From the IMG/VR virus record IMGVR_UViG_3300018080_000162: a stretch of 64,000 nt of DNA, one strand, 5' to 3'. Every line of letters starts with the position of its first letter. Position 1 is the first letter of the stretch. The notes beneath the pieces are model-generated. The model did no database searches. It was not told where the DNA came from and was given only the letters and a program-made list of their open reading frames with translations. The position numbers were made by a program, and so were the translations under genes. Shown one piece after another: positions 38,904 through 47,341 of the stretch. Source of the stretch: an uncultured virus (IMG/VR IMGVR_UViG_3300018080_000162). Taxonomy: Duplodnaviria > Heunggongvirae > Uroviricota > Caudoviricetes.

Positions 38904-39312
38904 AGAAATTGCGGAGTTCTATCACAAGCAGACCGACTTAGACCCGCAACAGACAAGAAAATGTCTGGCGGCGATTCAACAGGCATTGGATGTCTGGAAA
39001 TTGTCGGTCGAACAGGTCAAGATTGAAAATCATCATAGCGGTGACTGGAACAAATATCGTAATCGCACCGAGCTTGAAAAGATGTCTATCTGTATTGGCG
39101 GGAGCTACAAGAAAAAGCGAAGGCTCTGGTTGGTTCCCAAGGTTATGCCAGTGCTCAAGGAATCGGAAGTCTGTAAAAAATGCACTGAATGGAAGGCTGA
39201 ATATCACTGTACTCGTTGGCTGCATCGGTATCATTGCTCTTATCCTGAATGGTGTCCTTACGCTTTTGAGAAGCGCGTAGAATACGGCCATGCTGAAGAA
39301 AGAGATTTGTAA
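38878..39312 (+). CDS. protein with C-terminal ZLEH domain
   Basis: EVCKKC...PEWCPYAFE; start uncertain. Confidence 0.6.
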   Translation: MLQNKEVSKEIAEFYHKQTDLDPQQTRKCLAAIQQALDVWKLSVEQVKIENHHSGDWNKYRNRTELEKMSICIGGSYKKKRRLWLVPKVMPVLKESEVCKKCTEWKAEYHCTRWLHRYHCSYPEWCPYAFEKRVEYGHAEERDL

Positions 39313-39502
39313 GCGATGTGTTGAGGGCGCGGGTTTGGAATGGTCGGAGATGACGGAACATTTCTTTACTCGGCAGTATGACCCTCTTATTGTCTGTCCT
39401 CCTTATTACACTACGAGAGACAGCAGGTATGGCAGGGTGAATAAGCCGCCGCCGAAACATTGTCATTTCTATCTGGAGCATGTTCTGGAGACTCAAATAT
39501 GA
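39290..39502 (+). CDS. ZLEH family protein
   Basis: MLKKEICKRC...PPPKHCHFYLEH. Confidence 0.8.
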   Translation: MLKKEICKRCVEGAGLEWSEMTEHFFTRQYDPLIVCPPYYTTRDSRYGRVNKPPPKHCHFYLEHVLETQI

Positions 39503-39750
39503 AATACTATGTCGAAAGCGGAGAGTTGCAGGAAGTAGTCGATGCCGAGAATTCATTCGAAGCCGCGAAGAAAGCCCTGCTTCAGGCAAAAGAAGGGAGG
39601 AAAAGCTTGGCGGTGAGTCGGGTCTTCACCACCAGCGAACAGGGATTTCTTACCGACCCGAAAAAAGATGAGAGTTGGCGCATCGGGAGCATGGAGGGAG
39701 TCTTGGAATCATTGGGTTGCCGATTCATAGGAAACAACGATGCTGAATAA
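39499..39750 (+). CDS. hypothetical protein
   Basis: MKYYVESGEL..., ATGA coupling. Confidence 0.6.
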   Translation: MKYYVESGELQEVVDAENSFEAAKKALLQAKEGRKSLAVSRVFTTSEQGFLTDPKKDESWRIGSMEGVLESLGCRFIGNNDAE

Positions 39751-39976
39751 GCAGATTTGCATTCATTGTCACGAGACCTACATGAGGGAACAGTGCCTTA
39801 TCGAACATAAGGTTTGTTCTCCTGATACTCATAAATGGAAGGAATATGACGAGGAACATTGGAAGGACGAGAAATGGCCGCATGTGGTTTGCTGGAGCGG
39901 TTCGACCAGCATCCATAAGCCGCCTCCTGAGTGGTGTCCTTTTCAATTGGAGCATTTGCTGAAAAATGCTGAGTAA
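39740..39976 (+). CDS. ZLEH family protein
   Basis: MLNKQICIHC...PPPEWCPFQLEH. Confidence 0.8.
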   Translation: MLNKQICIHCHETYMREQCLIEHKVCSPDTHKWKEYDEEHWKDEKWPHVVCWSGSTSIHKPPPEWCPFQLEHLLKNAE

Positions 39977-40211
39977 GAAAGTCTGCATGTACTGTACCAA
40001 TCACGCTGACCGCCAAAACTATCGTCCTTGGTTTGCGGGAGAAAAGGAACACAGGTACGATGAGACTTGGGAACATACTCGAAAGGTATGCTGTTTTCCT
40101 CGGCCTATTTCTCCGATGGAAAAAGCAGGCTGGTATTTTGCGAAGATTGACGAGCCGCCACCCAAGGATTGTCCCTATTTCTTGGAGCACATGATTGAGC
40201 AAGGTGCATAG
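39966..40211 (+). CDS. ZLEH family protein
   Basis: MLSKKVCMYC...PPPKDCPYFLEH. Confidence 0.8.
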   Translation: MLSKKVCMYCTNHADRQNYRPWFAGEKEHRYDETWEHTRKVCCFPRPISPMEKAGWYFAKIDEPPPKDCPYFLEHMIEQGA

Positions 40212-40392
40212 CAAGAAAATCTGCAAGCTCTGCGAGTACGGGCCGAAGAACTATCCGAAGGATGACCCGTGGGAATGTCATCTCTTCATTTTTAATTTCG
40301 ACAGGGAGAATCAAGGAGAAAGGCATTTAGACTGCCCTTACTGGCTTGAGCACAAAATGGAGATGAAGGATGTTAAACAGAAAAATCTGTAA
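40195..40392 (+). CDS. ZLEH family protein
   Basis: SKKICKLC...DCPYWLEH. Confidence 0.75.
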   Translation: MSKVHSKKICKLCEYGPKNYPKDDPWECHLFIFNFDRENQGERHLDCPYWLEHKMEMKDVKQKNL

Positions 40393-40609
40393 GCGGTGTT
40401 ACAATAAATACTCGCCAATGTTGTGGGGCACAAGCATGTATAATGCGTGGAAGAGAAATAATCTTGTGTATTGTCCTATGGAGCGAGATAAAACTAATGG
40501 TGAGCATTGGGCTTGGATTTCGACCAAAGAAAATCCTCCTACGGAATGCCCTTTTGCTCTTGAACATCAATTGGAAATGCAAGATGCCCAAAATCAGGAT
40601 GAACCATGA
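40370..40609 (+). CDS. ZLEH family protein
   Basis: MLNRKICKRC...PPTECPFALEH. Confidence 0.8.
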   Translation: MLNRKICKRCYNKYSPMLWGTSMYNAWKRNNLVYCPMERDKTNGEHWAWISTKENPPTECPFALEHQLEMQDAQNQDEP

Positions 40610-40781
40610 AGTCTGCAAGAAGTGCAGGCATTATGGAGGGAAAGCGTATCAGAATCGCAAGGAGCATTACTGGTTCTGTCGAAATCCTTCTATCATAGGC
40701 CCATCATCAAGAGTGTATTCTCGGTTCACGAAACCTGAGTTTTGCGAATATGAATTTGAGCATGAGGTAACGGCGACATGA
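40584..40781 (+). CDS. ZLEH family protein
   Basis: EVCKKC...PEFCEYEFEH. Confidence 0.75.
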   Translation: MPKIRMNHEVCKKCRHYGGKAYQNRKEHYWFCRNPSIIGPSSRVYSRFTKPEFCEYEFEHEVTAT

Positions 40782-41074
40782 ACAAAGATTGGATAATGGT
40801 CAACGAACAGGTCTGCAAGAAATGCGAGAGGCAGCATCAATGTTACAAGAAGCGCATTGAGAGAACTGTCCAGGTGGGTTCGACCGCCACGGTGCTTACT
40901 CACTATAACCCGTTCAACTCTACGTACTCGCCGCCACCACTGGATACGCGCTCACTGACAAGGCTGCTTGTGGCCCATGTCGTGCCCGAACATTGCCAGT
41001 ATTTCTTCGAACATCAGGTCACGGAAGACCTTGCCAAGAAAGGAGTTATGGAAAGCGGAATGATTTTCGAGTAA
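40778..41074 (+). CDS. ZLEH family protein
   Basis: QVCKKC...PEHCQYFFEH. Confidence 0.75.
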   Translation: MNKDWIMVNEQVCKKCERQHQCYKKRIERTVQVGSTATVLTHYNPFNSTYSPPPLDTRSLTRLLVAHVVPEHCQYFFEHQVTEDLAKKGVMESGMIFE

Positions 41075-41157
41075 TTTTTTCAAAAAGGTTATCGAAATTC
41101 TCCGCGAATGCCGTATGATAGGTTAGTTGAAGGCATCTGCGAAAGCAGGTTAAAAAC

Positions 41158-42978
41158 ATGAATGAATTAGTCAAGAGCGAGATTAAAATAAAAAGCCACC
41201 CGAAGGCAAAGAAGGAGACGGTAGAACACTTGCCATCTGGAGAGCAGGTATTCTGCCGTCAACAGCATTTGACACAAGAGGCGGTTACGATTGTTCGTGA
41301 AGAGATTCCTGAAGATTGGTCATGGTTTGACAAGATTCCTCCAGACCTTTGCTTCTGCCGTTGTGGTTCCCAATATCACAGCCATGTCATTTTACATCGC
41401 AACAGAAAACAGTATATCAAAAAGCTGTTTTCAAGATTGGCTTGTCCAAATTGTGGAAGCCATGACAATCTTGAAGGCAGTTCGAACGGCAGTCTTTTTT
41501 TGATTCGACAAATGAGCGAGGAGGCTGGCAGTAAGGTGTGGAACAACACCATAATCGCTCATGGTGTTCTCAGAGACAAGCGAAAGAAATTCGAAGAAAA
41601 AGTTGCGGCAGCGGGGTTGGATTTGAAGAAGATAGCCAAAGAGTCTAACGACTTCATAGAGCAAAGAAGAAAAATCAAACGGAAAATCAGGCAGAAAATT
41701 GCCAAATTCAAAGAGCACTTGAATAAAGACGAGACGGCAAAAGCAAAAACTGCTGAGGTCAGATACAGCAAACTCAAACAATGGCTTTTTCAAAGAATCG
41801 AAGATGCCAGAAACGATTGGCACAGAGAATATGACGCTACAAGAACCAGTGATGTTTATACGAAGGCTTATATGCGGCAGCAAGGACAGCAGAAGCTTGA
41901 TTTCTTATGTTCCAACACTTTCGAAGGCGTTATAAGAAGCCAGTATGGTCATTGGAAGACATACAATGCCCTTCGCAAAAGCGGTGACGAAAACGCAAAG
42001 CCTCCCTACAGGGAAAAAAAGTATTTCATGCTGAGTTGGGACAAAACGTGCATAACCTTTGAGAATGGTTGCATTCTCTTGAGAACGTCTCAGAATTGTC
42101 CAGTGCAACCAGCGTTTCCATGTTCTCATAGTCAAAGGGTTCAGTCTGTTACCATAACCTTTAACAGGCAGCTATGGTGCAACATATTGACACTCTCCTA
42201 TAAGAAGGAAACACCAAAAAAGCCGCCAGGAGAAGGGATTGCAAGTATTGATATGGGGGAGCGTTATCTCTTTGCTATCTACGATGGAGAAACTGTGTTG
42301 CTTGTCGATGGAAAAAGTTTGCGCAACAAACGGCAATACCAAAATAAGGTGAAGGCAAAATCAGCCAAGAAACTGACCGTTGACCACAGGAAGCTTACCA
42401 AGAAGCAGAAGAGAAAGGGTTTCAAACCTCGCAGGAAAGATTCCAGACGGCGAGTAAAAGCATTGCAGGGCCAGCGACGGAGCTTGTATTCCGTGGATAA
42501 CCAGATTGAAGACGAGGAGAGAAAAGCTGTTGCCACTGCACTGTCGCATCTCGTAGAAAGAAAGATAGGGACTGTGTTTATTGGTGCATTGTCTGGAATT
42601 CGAGACAGTCACATCAGCAAAAAAAGGGCTAAGAAAGAAGCAAGGCCAAGAGATTACAAAGGGTCTGTTCAAAACCAGCGAATGAATCAGTTTCCAGCGG
42701 GCAAGCTGACGCAGATGCTAAGAATAAAATGCAACGAGCATGGTATTGTGCTCAATGTTGTCGAAGAGTCTTATACTTCGAAAACATGCCCAAAGTGTGG
42801 TACGATAAACAATCCAGGGAAAAATAACTACGTCTGTAAGAAATGCAAACATTCTGGACATCGTGATGCAGTGGGAGCGATAAACATTATGGTGAGAGGG
42901 ATTGGCAAACACGGTTCGCTCCATCCGATTATTCAAGGTAGAAAGTTCAACCCTCAAAGAAAGTGCTACGCTTTCTGA
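41158..42978 (+). CDS. CRISPR-adjacent TnpB/Cas12-like RNA-guided RuvC nuclease, rearranged catalytic Glu
   Basis: RuvC-I GIASIDMG (D365); RuvC-II position VFIGAL lacks Glu; EESYTSKTCPKCG (E537); CKKC; RuvC-III RDAVGAINI (D570); 606 aa. Confidence 0.88.
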   Translation: MNELVKSEIKIKSHPKAKKETVEHLPSGEQVFCRQQHLTQEAVTIVREEIPEDWSWFDKIPPDLCFCRCGSQYHSHVILHRNRKQYIKKLFSRLACPNCGSHDNLEGSSNGSLFLIRQMSEEAGSKVWNNTIIAHGVLRDKRKKFEEKVAAAGLDLKKIAKESNDFIEQRRKIKRKIRQKIAKFKEHLNKDETAKAKTAEVRYSKLKQWLFQRIEDARNDWHREYDATRTSDVYTKAYMRQQGQQKLDFLCSNTFEGVIRSQYGHWKTYNALRKSGDENAKPPYREKKYFMLSWDKTCITFENGCILLRTSQNCPVQPAFPCSHSQRVQSVTITFNRQLWCNILTLSYKKETPKKPPGEGIASIDMGERYLFAIYDGETVLLVDGKSLRNKRQYQNKVKAKSAKKLTVDHRKLTKKQKRKGFKPRRKDSRRRVKALQGQRRSLYSVDNQIEDEERKAVATALSHLVERKIGTVFIGALSGIRDSHISKKRAKKEARPRDYKGSVQNQRMNQFPAGKLTQMLRIKCNEHGIVLNVVEESYTSKTCPKCGTINNPGKNNYVCKKCKHSGHRDAVGAINIMVRGIGKHGSLHPIIQGRKFNPQRKCYAF

Positions 42979-42989
42979 AGGGGAAAATG

Positions 42990-43170
42990 TGAAGTAGCTG
43001 TATCGCTCTTTGACAATTGAATAAAGAGCCTGTGCAGGCTAAAAGCAGCTACCGGATAGATACCTGTATATCTGGTCAGCAGAGTGGCGAAACAATCACG
43101 CCGCCAAATGCGGGTAACGCCGCATTCTGGTAAAGGCCATGACAGCTTACAGGGCTGTCTCTGTATTTCA
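42990..43170 (+). ncRNA. candidate tracr/omega-like scaffold RNA
   Basis: several complementary stems (GTAGCTG/CAGCTAC, GCTCTTT/AAAGAGC, AATGCGG/CCGCATT, GACAGC/GCTGTC) between effector and array. Confidence 0.45.
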
Positions 43171-43372
43171 TGTTTCTTTGGATTCATGGAATGCAGATGG
43201 CTCGTGTCCGTTTGGTAGATGGAATTGGTTGTTTAGCTGAGAGTCTGACTCTTGGTGATTCTGTCTTTTGGACTGAACGTGACAATTATAAAACTCTACA
43301 TGCGCAGGTCAGGGACGGACTTCGGACACTATACGTTGTGGGCAATTTTGTTCTTTCGTACAGGATTTTGGT

Positions 43373-44019
43373 GTCTGTCCCACGTATGCAGGGATGGATT
43401 GCATCTCATTGACAATGTTTCCAACCATGACTACGTCTGTCCCACGTATGCAGGGATGGATTGGCAAAGGTCATCGGCGAACGCGCCAGCGAGGAGTCTG
43501 TCCCACGTATGCAGGGATGGATTGCCAAGTGTTTCTCGAACTCGCTTCCGTGCGAGTCTGTCCCACGTATGCAGGGATGGATTGAGCTACGGAGGCCAAA
43601 GAGATGCCTACGGATTCGTCTGTCCCACGTATGCAGGGATGGATTGAGCTACGGAGGCCAAAGAGATGCCTACGGATTCGTCTGTCCCACGTATGCAGGG
43701 ATGGATTGGGCCTCCGCTGTATCGGCGTGGTGCCCGACTCGTCTGTCCCACGTATGCAGGGATGGATTGCAAAGTCAGATAGCATAAATATCATATTCAT
43801 AGTCTGTCCCACGTATGCAGGGATGGATTGCACGGGCTTACCACGGCCCACCCATGAGCATAGTCTGTCCCACGTATGCAGGGATGGATTGGCGACGGAA
43901 GAAACACTCGTGGGCCTATCACGTTCGTTTGTCCCACGTATGCAGGGATGGATTGGCGACGGAAGAAACACTCGTGGGCCTATCACGTTCGTTTGTCCCA
44001 CGTATGCAGGGATGGACTG
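43373..44019 (+). CRISPR. CRISPR array, 11 repeats / 10 spacers
   Basis: 29-nt repeat GTCTGTCCCACGTATGCAGGGATGGATTG at 43373, 43435, 43496, 43556, 43618, 43680, 43741, 43802, 43863, 43927, 43991; spacers 31-35 nt; last two repeats degenerate, so leader is on the left. Confidence 0.97.
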
Positions 44020-44079
44020 ACGCTTACAGCTTAGGCTACGGTTTTATTGTTGAGGATGTCTGGCACTTGGAGCCTGAAC

Positions 44080-44337
44080 ATGCTAAACAAAAACGTCTGT
44101 AACAAATGTTGGAAAAGAAAGACAGGTCGGTCGATGTCGAGGATATGCAGGCCTTGTTATTTTCCCGCCAATGTTGTTTCTCCAAGTCTTTCTACGCTTT
44201 GGAAAAACCATAATCTGACGCTGTGTGTCGAGCTATATGAACCCAAGAAGAAGGCTGCGTCTTTTCTCCTGTCAACAATGGGAGAGCCGCCTGAAAAATG
44301 TCCCTTCCGTCTCGAACACGCTTTGGGAACGCAATAA
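44080..44337 (+). CDS. ZLEH family protein
   Basis: MLNKNVCNKC...PPEKCPFRLEH. Confidence 0.8.
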   Translation: MLNKNVCNKCWKRKTGRSMSRICRPCYFPANVVSPSLSTLWKNHNLTLCVELYEPKKKAASFLLSTMGEPPEKCPFRLEHALGTQ

Positions 44338-44829
44338 ATGCTCAGTAGAAAAGTCTGCAAAGCCTGTAGATATTTCGCACCCAACAAGCTCATTCAAAAG
44401 AACTTTTCATGGGTATGGACTGGTGAGCTTCCATGCTCTTTGAAACAGTATGAAGCAAAGATAAAGGAATTGCCACCAGAAGACTGCCCTCTCAAACTGG
44501 AACACACGCTGGCATTGACTGGCTTTGTGGAAAAAGCCAAGATGCTTTTTGCTGCTTGGCTACAGCCTGTCGTTACAAGCATCGGTATTGGACTTTTCGC
44601 TTCTCTCATCTTGCTGCTCATCCTGGTTGACATGATGCAGAGCTACGATGACAAGAAAGAAAAGTGCGAGAAAGTCAGTCAGCAGGAAACGGTGAAATTC
44701 CTCAGAAGAGAGGTTCATCGTCTGAAGGAAAAGCTCAAAAATGCTGAACAAGAAAATCTGCAAACGATGTATTCGAGAAACAGGGAAAGCGTGGACTCAC
44801 CACATGAGTTTGGAGTGGAATGGAGATGA
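44338..44829 (+). CDS. ZLEH domain + transmembrane helix + coiled coil
   Basis: MLSRKVCKAC...PPEDCPLKLEH; IGIGLFASLILLLILV. Confidence 0.75.
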   Translation: MLSRKVCKACRYFAPNKLIQKNFSWVWTGELPCSLKQYEAKIKELPPEDCPLKLEHTLALTGFVEKAKMLFAAWLQPVVTSIGIGLFASLILLLILVDMMQSYDDKKEKCEKVSQQETVKFLRREVHRLKEKLKNAEQENLQTMYSRNRESVDSPHEFGVEWR

Positions 44830-44977
44830 ATCCATTGACGGTCACGACCCCGCTATGTCTCATGTTCATTGTCTCAAACAACCTCCGCTCCATAATAATG
44901 TCGCTCTGGTGAATCGACCTCCTCCTCCTTGGTGTCCCTATTTTCTCGAACATCAAATGGAGGCTGAAAGATGCTGA
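44741..44977 (+). CDS. ZLEH family protein
   Basis: MLNKKICKRC...PPPPWCPYFLEH. Confidence 0.8.
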   Translation: MLNKKICKRCIRETGKAWTHHMSLEWNGDESIDGHDPAMSHVHCLKQPPLHNNVALVNRPPPPWCPYFLEHQMEAERC

Positions 44978-45201
44978 GCAAGGAAGTCTGTAAACAATGC
45001 TATGACCGTGTGCCAAATATTCAATGGCATTGGAAGGCACTCCATGAAGGAGACTGGAAAAAAGGATGGGTTTGGTGCTTTCACGATTTCAAGGCTACGG
45101 CCAGCGCAGTCTACGTTCGTGAAGACCCTCCTGAAGATTGCCCTTTTACTCTTGAACACAAAATGGCGACTCAGGACTTGGAGCCTCGAAATGCACCCTG
45201 A
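44971..45201 (+). CDS. ZLEH family protein
   Basis: MLSKEVCKQC...PPEDCPFTLEH. Confidence 0.8.
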   Translation: MLSKEVCKQCYDRVPNIQWHWKALHEGDWKKGWVWCFHDFKATASAVYVREDPPEDCPFTLEHKMATQDLEPRNAP

Positions 45202-45463
45202 TACCAAATGGATGATTCAGGAAAACCTGTCCCTTAGCTCCGAAGAGAAGCTTTTTGGACAATTGGAATTTTGGAGTCAAGTAGCCATCAAGGAAGAAAA
45301 GGCCCGTGACATGATTTCGCTTGACTTCTCCAAGGAAGTTGTGGAATTGATAAAGGAAGAATGCGACAAAAGAGGAGGAGTTATAGCACTTGCCGAAAAA
45401 GTGAGGAAACCAAAACCATCATGGTGGAAGAAGTTCTGGAAGCGCAGAGGAGATAGAAAATGA
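45191..45463 (+). CDS. hypothetical protein
   Basis: MHPDTKW...; overlap coupling. Confidence 0.55.
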   Translation: MHPDTKWMIQENLSLSSEEKLFGQLEFWSQVAIKEEKARDMISLDFSKEVVELIKEECDKRGGVIALAEKVRKPKPSWWKKFWKRRGDRK

Positions 45464-45729
45464 CCGCAAAAACCCTGTCCGTGGGCCAAAATGTCTTCAT
45501 CCTTGACGGTGCCAGCATCCGTGAGGCCCAAGTGGTCTCCAGTGACGCCAAAACCGTCTGTGTGCTGCAACAGAGTCGTATCAGGTTCTTCGAAAGGAAA
45601 TATGTCTTCTTGACCGAAAAAGCCGCTGAAAAAGCCCAAGAAGGCGTCTATAATAGGTATAATAGGGAGTTGAAGCGAGTTGCCAAACAGTTGCGGGAAG
45701 AACAGGACGAGCGGCCTGTAAGAGTGTGA
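45460..45729 (+). CDS. hypothetical protein
   Basis: 89 aa, RBS and ATGA coupling. Confidence 0.6.
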   Translation: MTAKTLSVGQNVFILDGASIREAQVVSSDAKTVCVLQQSRIRFFERKYVFLTEKAAEKAQEGVYNRYNRELKRVAKQLREEQDERPVRV

Positions 45730-45733
45730 TGAA

Positions 45734-45949
45734 TTGAAAATGGAAATCTGTAAACGCTGCATTGCCGATTACGCTGTGGAACAACTGCGTCAGTATCCTG
45801 CGGTTCGTAAGGTCTCATGGAATTCAAGAGATGAGGAAGCATGGAAAAACATCCATCGAGTTTATTGCTATCCCCTCCGTCTCATTATTGATACTCTTAA
45901 GGGGCCTCCTGAACAATGTCCTTTCCATCTGGAACATGTGATGAAGTAA
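45734..45949 (+). CDS. ZLEH family protein
   Basis: EICKRC...PPEQCPFHLEH. Confidence 0.8.
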   Translation: MKMEICKRCIADYAVEQLRQYPAVRKVSWNSRDEEAWKNIHRVYCYPLRLIIDTLKGPPEQCPFHLEHVMK

Positions 45950-45968
45950 CATATCTTGGAGAAAACCA

Positions 45969-46481
45969 ATGTCTAAAACGCCCTGGAGATGTATCCACGA
46001 CAAATGCGGAAAACTTGCCTATTATATCACCGATGTAAATTGGTGGGATGAGAAAAAAGGCATTGGAGGAACGGTCTCAAACCCCACAGCAATTCCTGAA
46101 GGCTCTGTCATTTCTTTCAACCCGACCGCCTATCGAGAATATCCAGACAAACCAGCACCAAAAATGAAAGAATGCCCCTGCTATTCCTGTGGCGAACTCA
46201 TTCCCATGTATCCCGATAAAGGCGTTATCACCGTGGAATGGGACGAGCCGGACTGGTATGGCTATTTCTGTGATGTCCTGAAACATAGAGCTTGGGTTGC
46301 CGCCGATGCAGTCCATGACCTCGTTCTCCTGACCATGCGCAAACAGTTCGCGAAGATGCCGGAATCGTTGAAGGAGAAATTCGAAGCAGTCAAGGAAGTA
46401 GAAAGAACAATGATTATGCACTCGAAGGTTTTCAAGCACAAAGGCTACATCGAGCATGATGAGAGAAAGAATGCTGAATAG
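45969..46481 (+). CDS. hypothetical Zn-ribbon protein
   Basis: CIHDKCG...CYSCG. Confidence 0.6.
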   Translation: MSKTPWRCIHDKCGKLAYYITDVNWWDEKKGIGGTVSNPTAIPEGSVISFNPTAYREYPDKPAPKMKECPCYSCGELIPMYPDKGVITVEWDEPDWYGYFCDVLKHRAWVAADAVHDLVLLTMRKQFAKMPESLKEKFEAVKEVERTMIMHSKVFKHKGYIEHDERKNAE

Positions 46482-46692
46482 GGAAATCTGTCAAGGATGC
46501 CAGCACTTTCGGAATATCTATACCGACCTTCACCACAAGGCCATAAACTCCGAATGCTGGCACTGTTCGCATCCGGCAAACTGGCATCGTCCGGCTGTGG
46601 ATGCGATGTCCATGAGATTGACAGAGAAAGACTACGTTCCTGAGTATTGCCCCTTCTATCTGGAACATTGCTTGAAGGCTCAAAAATGCTGA
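46471..46692 (+). CDS. ZLEH family protein
   Basis: MLNREICQGC...PEYCPFYLEH. Confidence 0.8.
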   Translation: MLNREICQGCQHFRNIYTDLHHKAINSECWHCSHPANWHRPAVDAMSMRLTEKDYVPEYCPFYLEHCLKAQKC

Positions 46693-46907
46693 ACAAGAAA
46701 ATCTGCAAGCAATGCCGGAACAAGTGGGGAATGGTATGGCAGTGGGACGACAGGGATGAAAAACTGTGGGAACAGAAACTTGTCGATTGTCCACATCAGG
46801 ATAGCGAGTATCGAATCAGTAGGATGGGTAAGCCGCCTGCAAACTGTCAATACTTTCTGGAGCATGAAATCAGTGTTGAACAAGAAAATCTGCCAGAAAT
46901 GCTATGA
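46686..46907 (+). CDS. ZLEH family protein
   Basis: MLNKKICKQC...PPANCQYFLEH. Confidence 0.8.
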   Translation: MLNKKICKQCRNKWGMVWQWDDRDEKLWEQKLVDCPHQDSEYRISRMGKPPANCQYFLEHEISVEQENLPEML

Positions 46908-47127
46908 AGCAAACGGCGAGACATGGAGTGACTATCAAGACCAGTTATGGGAAGGCAAGATGTCTTGGACGGGAATATCAATCGGTCGGAGAGTATCGTG
47001 CCCTTTTCATATCTTTGCGTCTGCCGATAGCAAAATTCCCATCGGCAAGGTAAGCCAGAATGTCGAGAAACCCAATTACAACCGCTGTCCCTATCATCTG
47101 GAACACGAGTTGGAAAATGCTGAGTAA
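46873..47127 (+). CDS. ZLEH family protein
   Basis: LNKKICQKC...RCPYHLEH. Confidence 0.8.
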   Translation: MLNKKICQKCYEANGETWSDYQDQLWEGKMSWTGISIGRRVSCPFHIFASADSKIPIGKVSQNVEKPNYNRCPYHLEHELENAE

Positions 47128-47341
47128 GGAATTCTGCAAATAGTGTCTTAAGGAACATGGCTCTAACTGGACGGTGAGCCTCGAATGGTGCTGGACAAAA
47201 GCAGGCATGATTCATTGTCCGCATAGAAGCTTGCAAAAAGAAGTCAAGGCCTGCGGCCATCCGATTGATTCGATTCCTGAAGACTGTTACTATGCCCTTG
47301 AACAGGTGCTGATTCGCAATGCTGAGCAAAAAGGTCTGTAG
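47117..47341 (+). pseudogene. ZLEH family gene with in-frame TAG
   Basis: MLSKEFCK*CLKEH...IHCP...PEDCYYALEQ; TAG at 47141-47143. Confidence 0.75.

Noticed and set aside
41158..42978. Calling the effector catalytically dead because the RuvC-II Glu is missing
   Set aside because: The EESYTS glutamate matches the known rearranged active site, so inactivity cannot be assumed.
43170..44102. ORFs spanning the CRISPR array (e.g. 43252-43647, 43471-44001, 43604-44020)
   Set aside because: They are translations of the repeat (VPRMQGW, CPTYAGMD), not genes.
47141..47143. Genome-wide TAG recoding
   Set aside because: TAG ends normal genes (608, 3746, 31955), and long genes are intact under the standard code.
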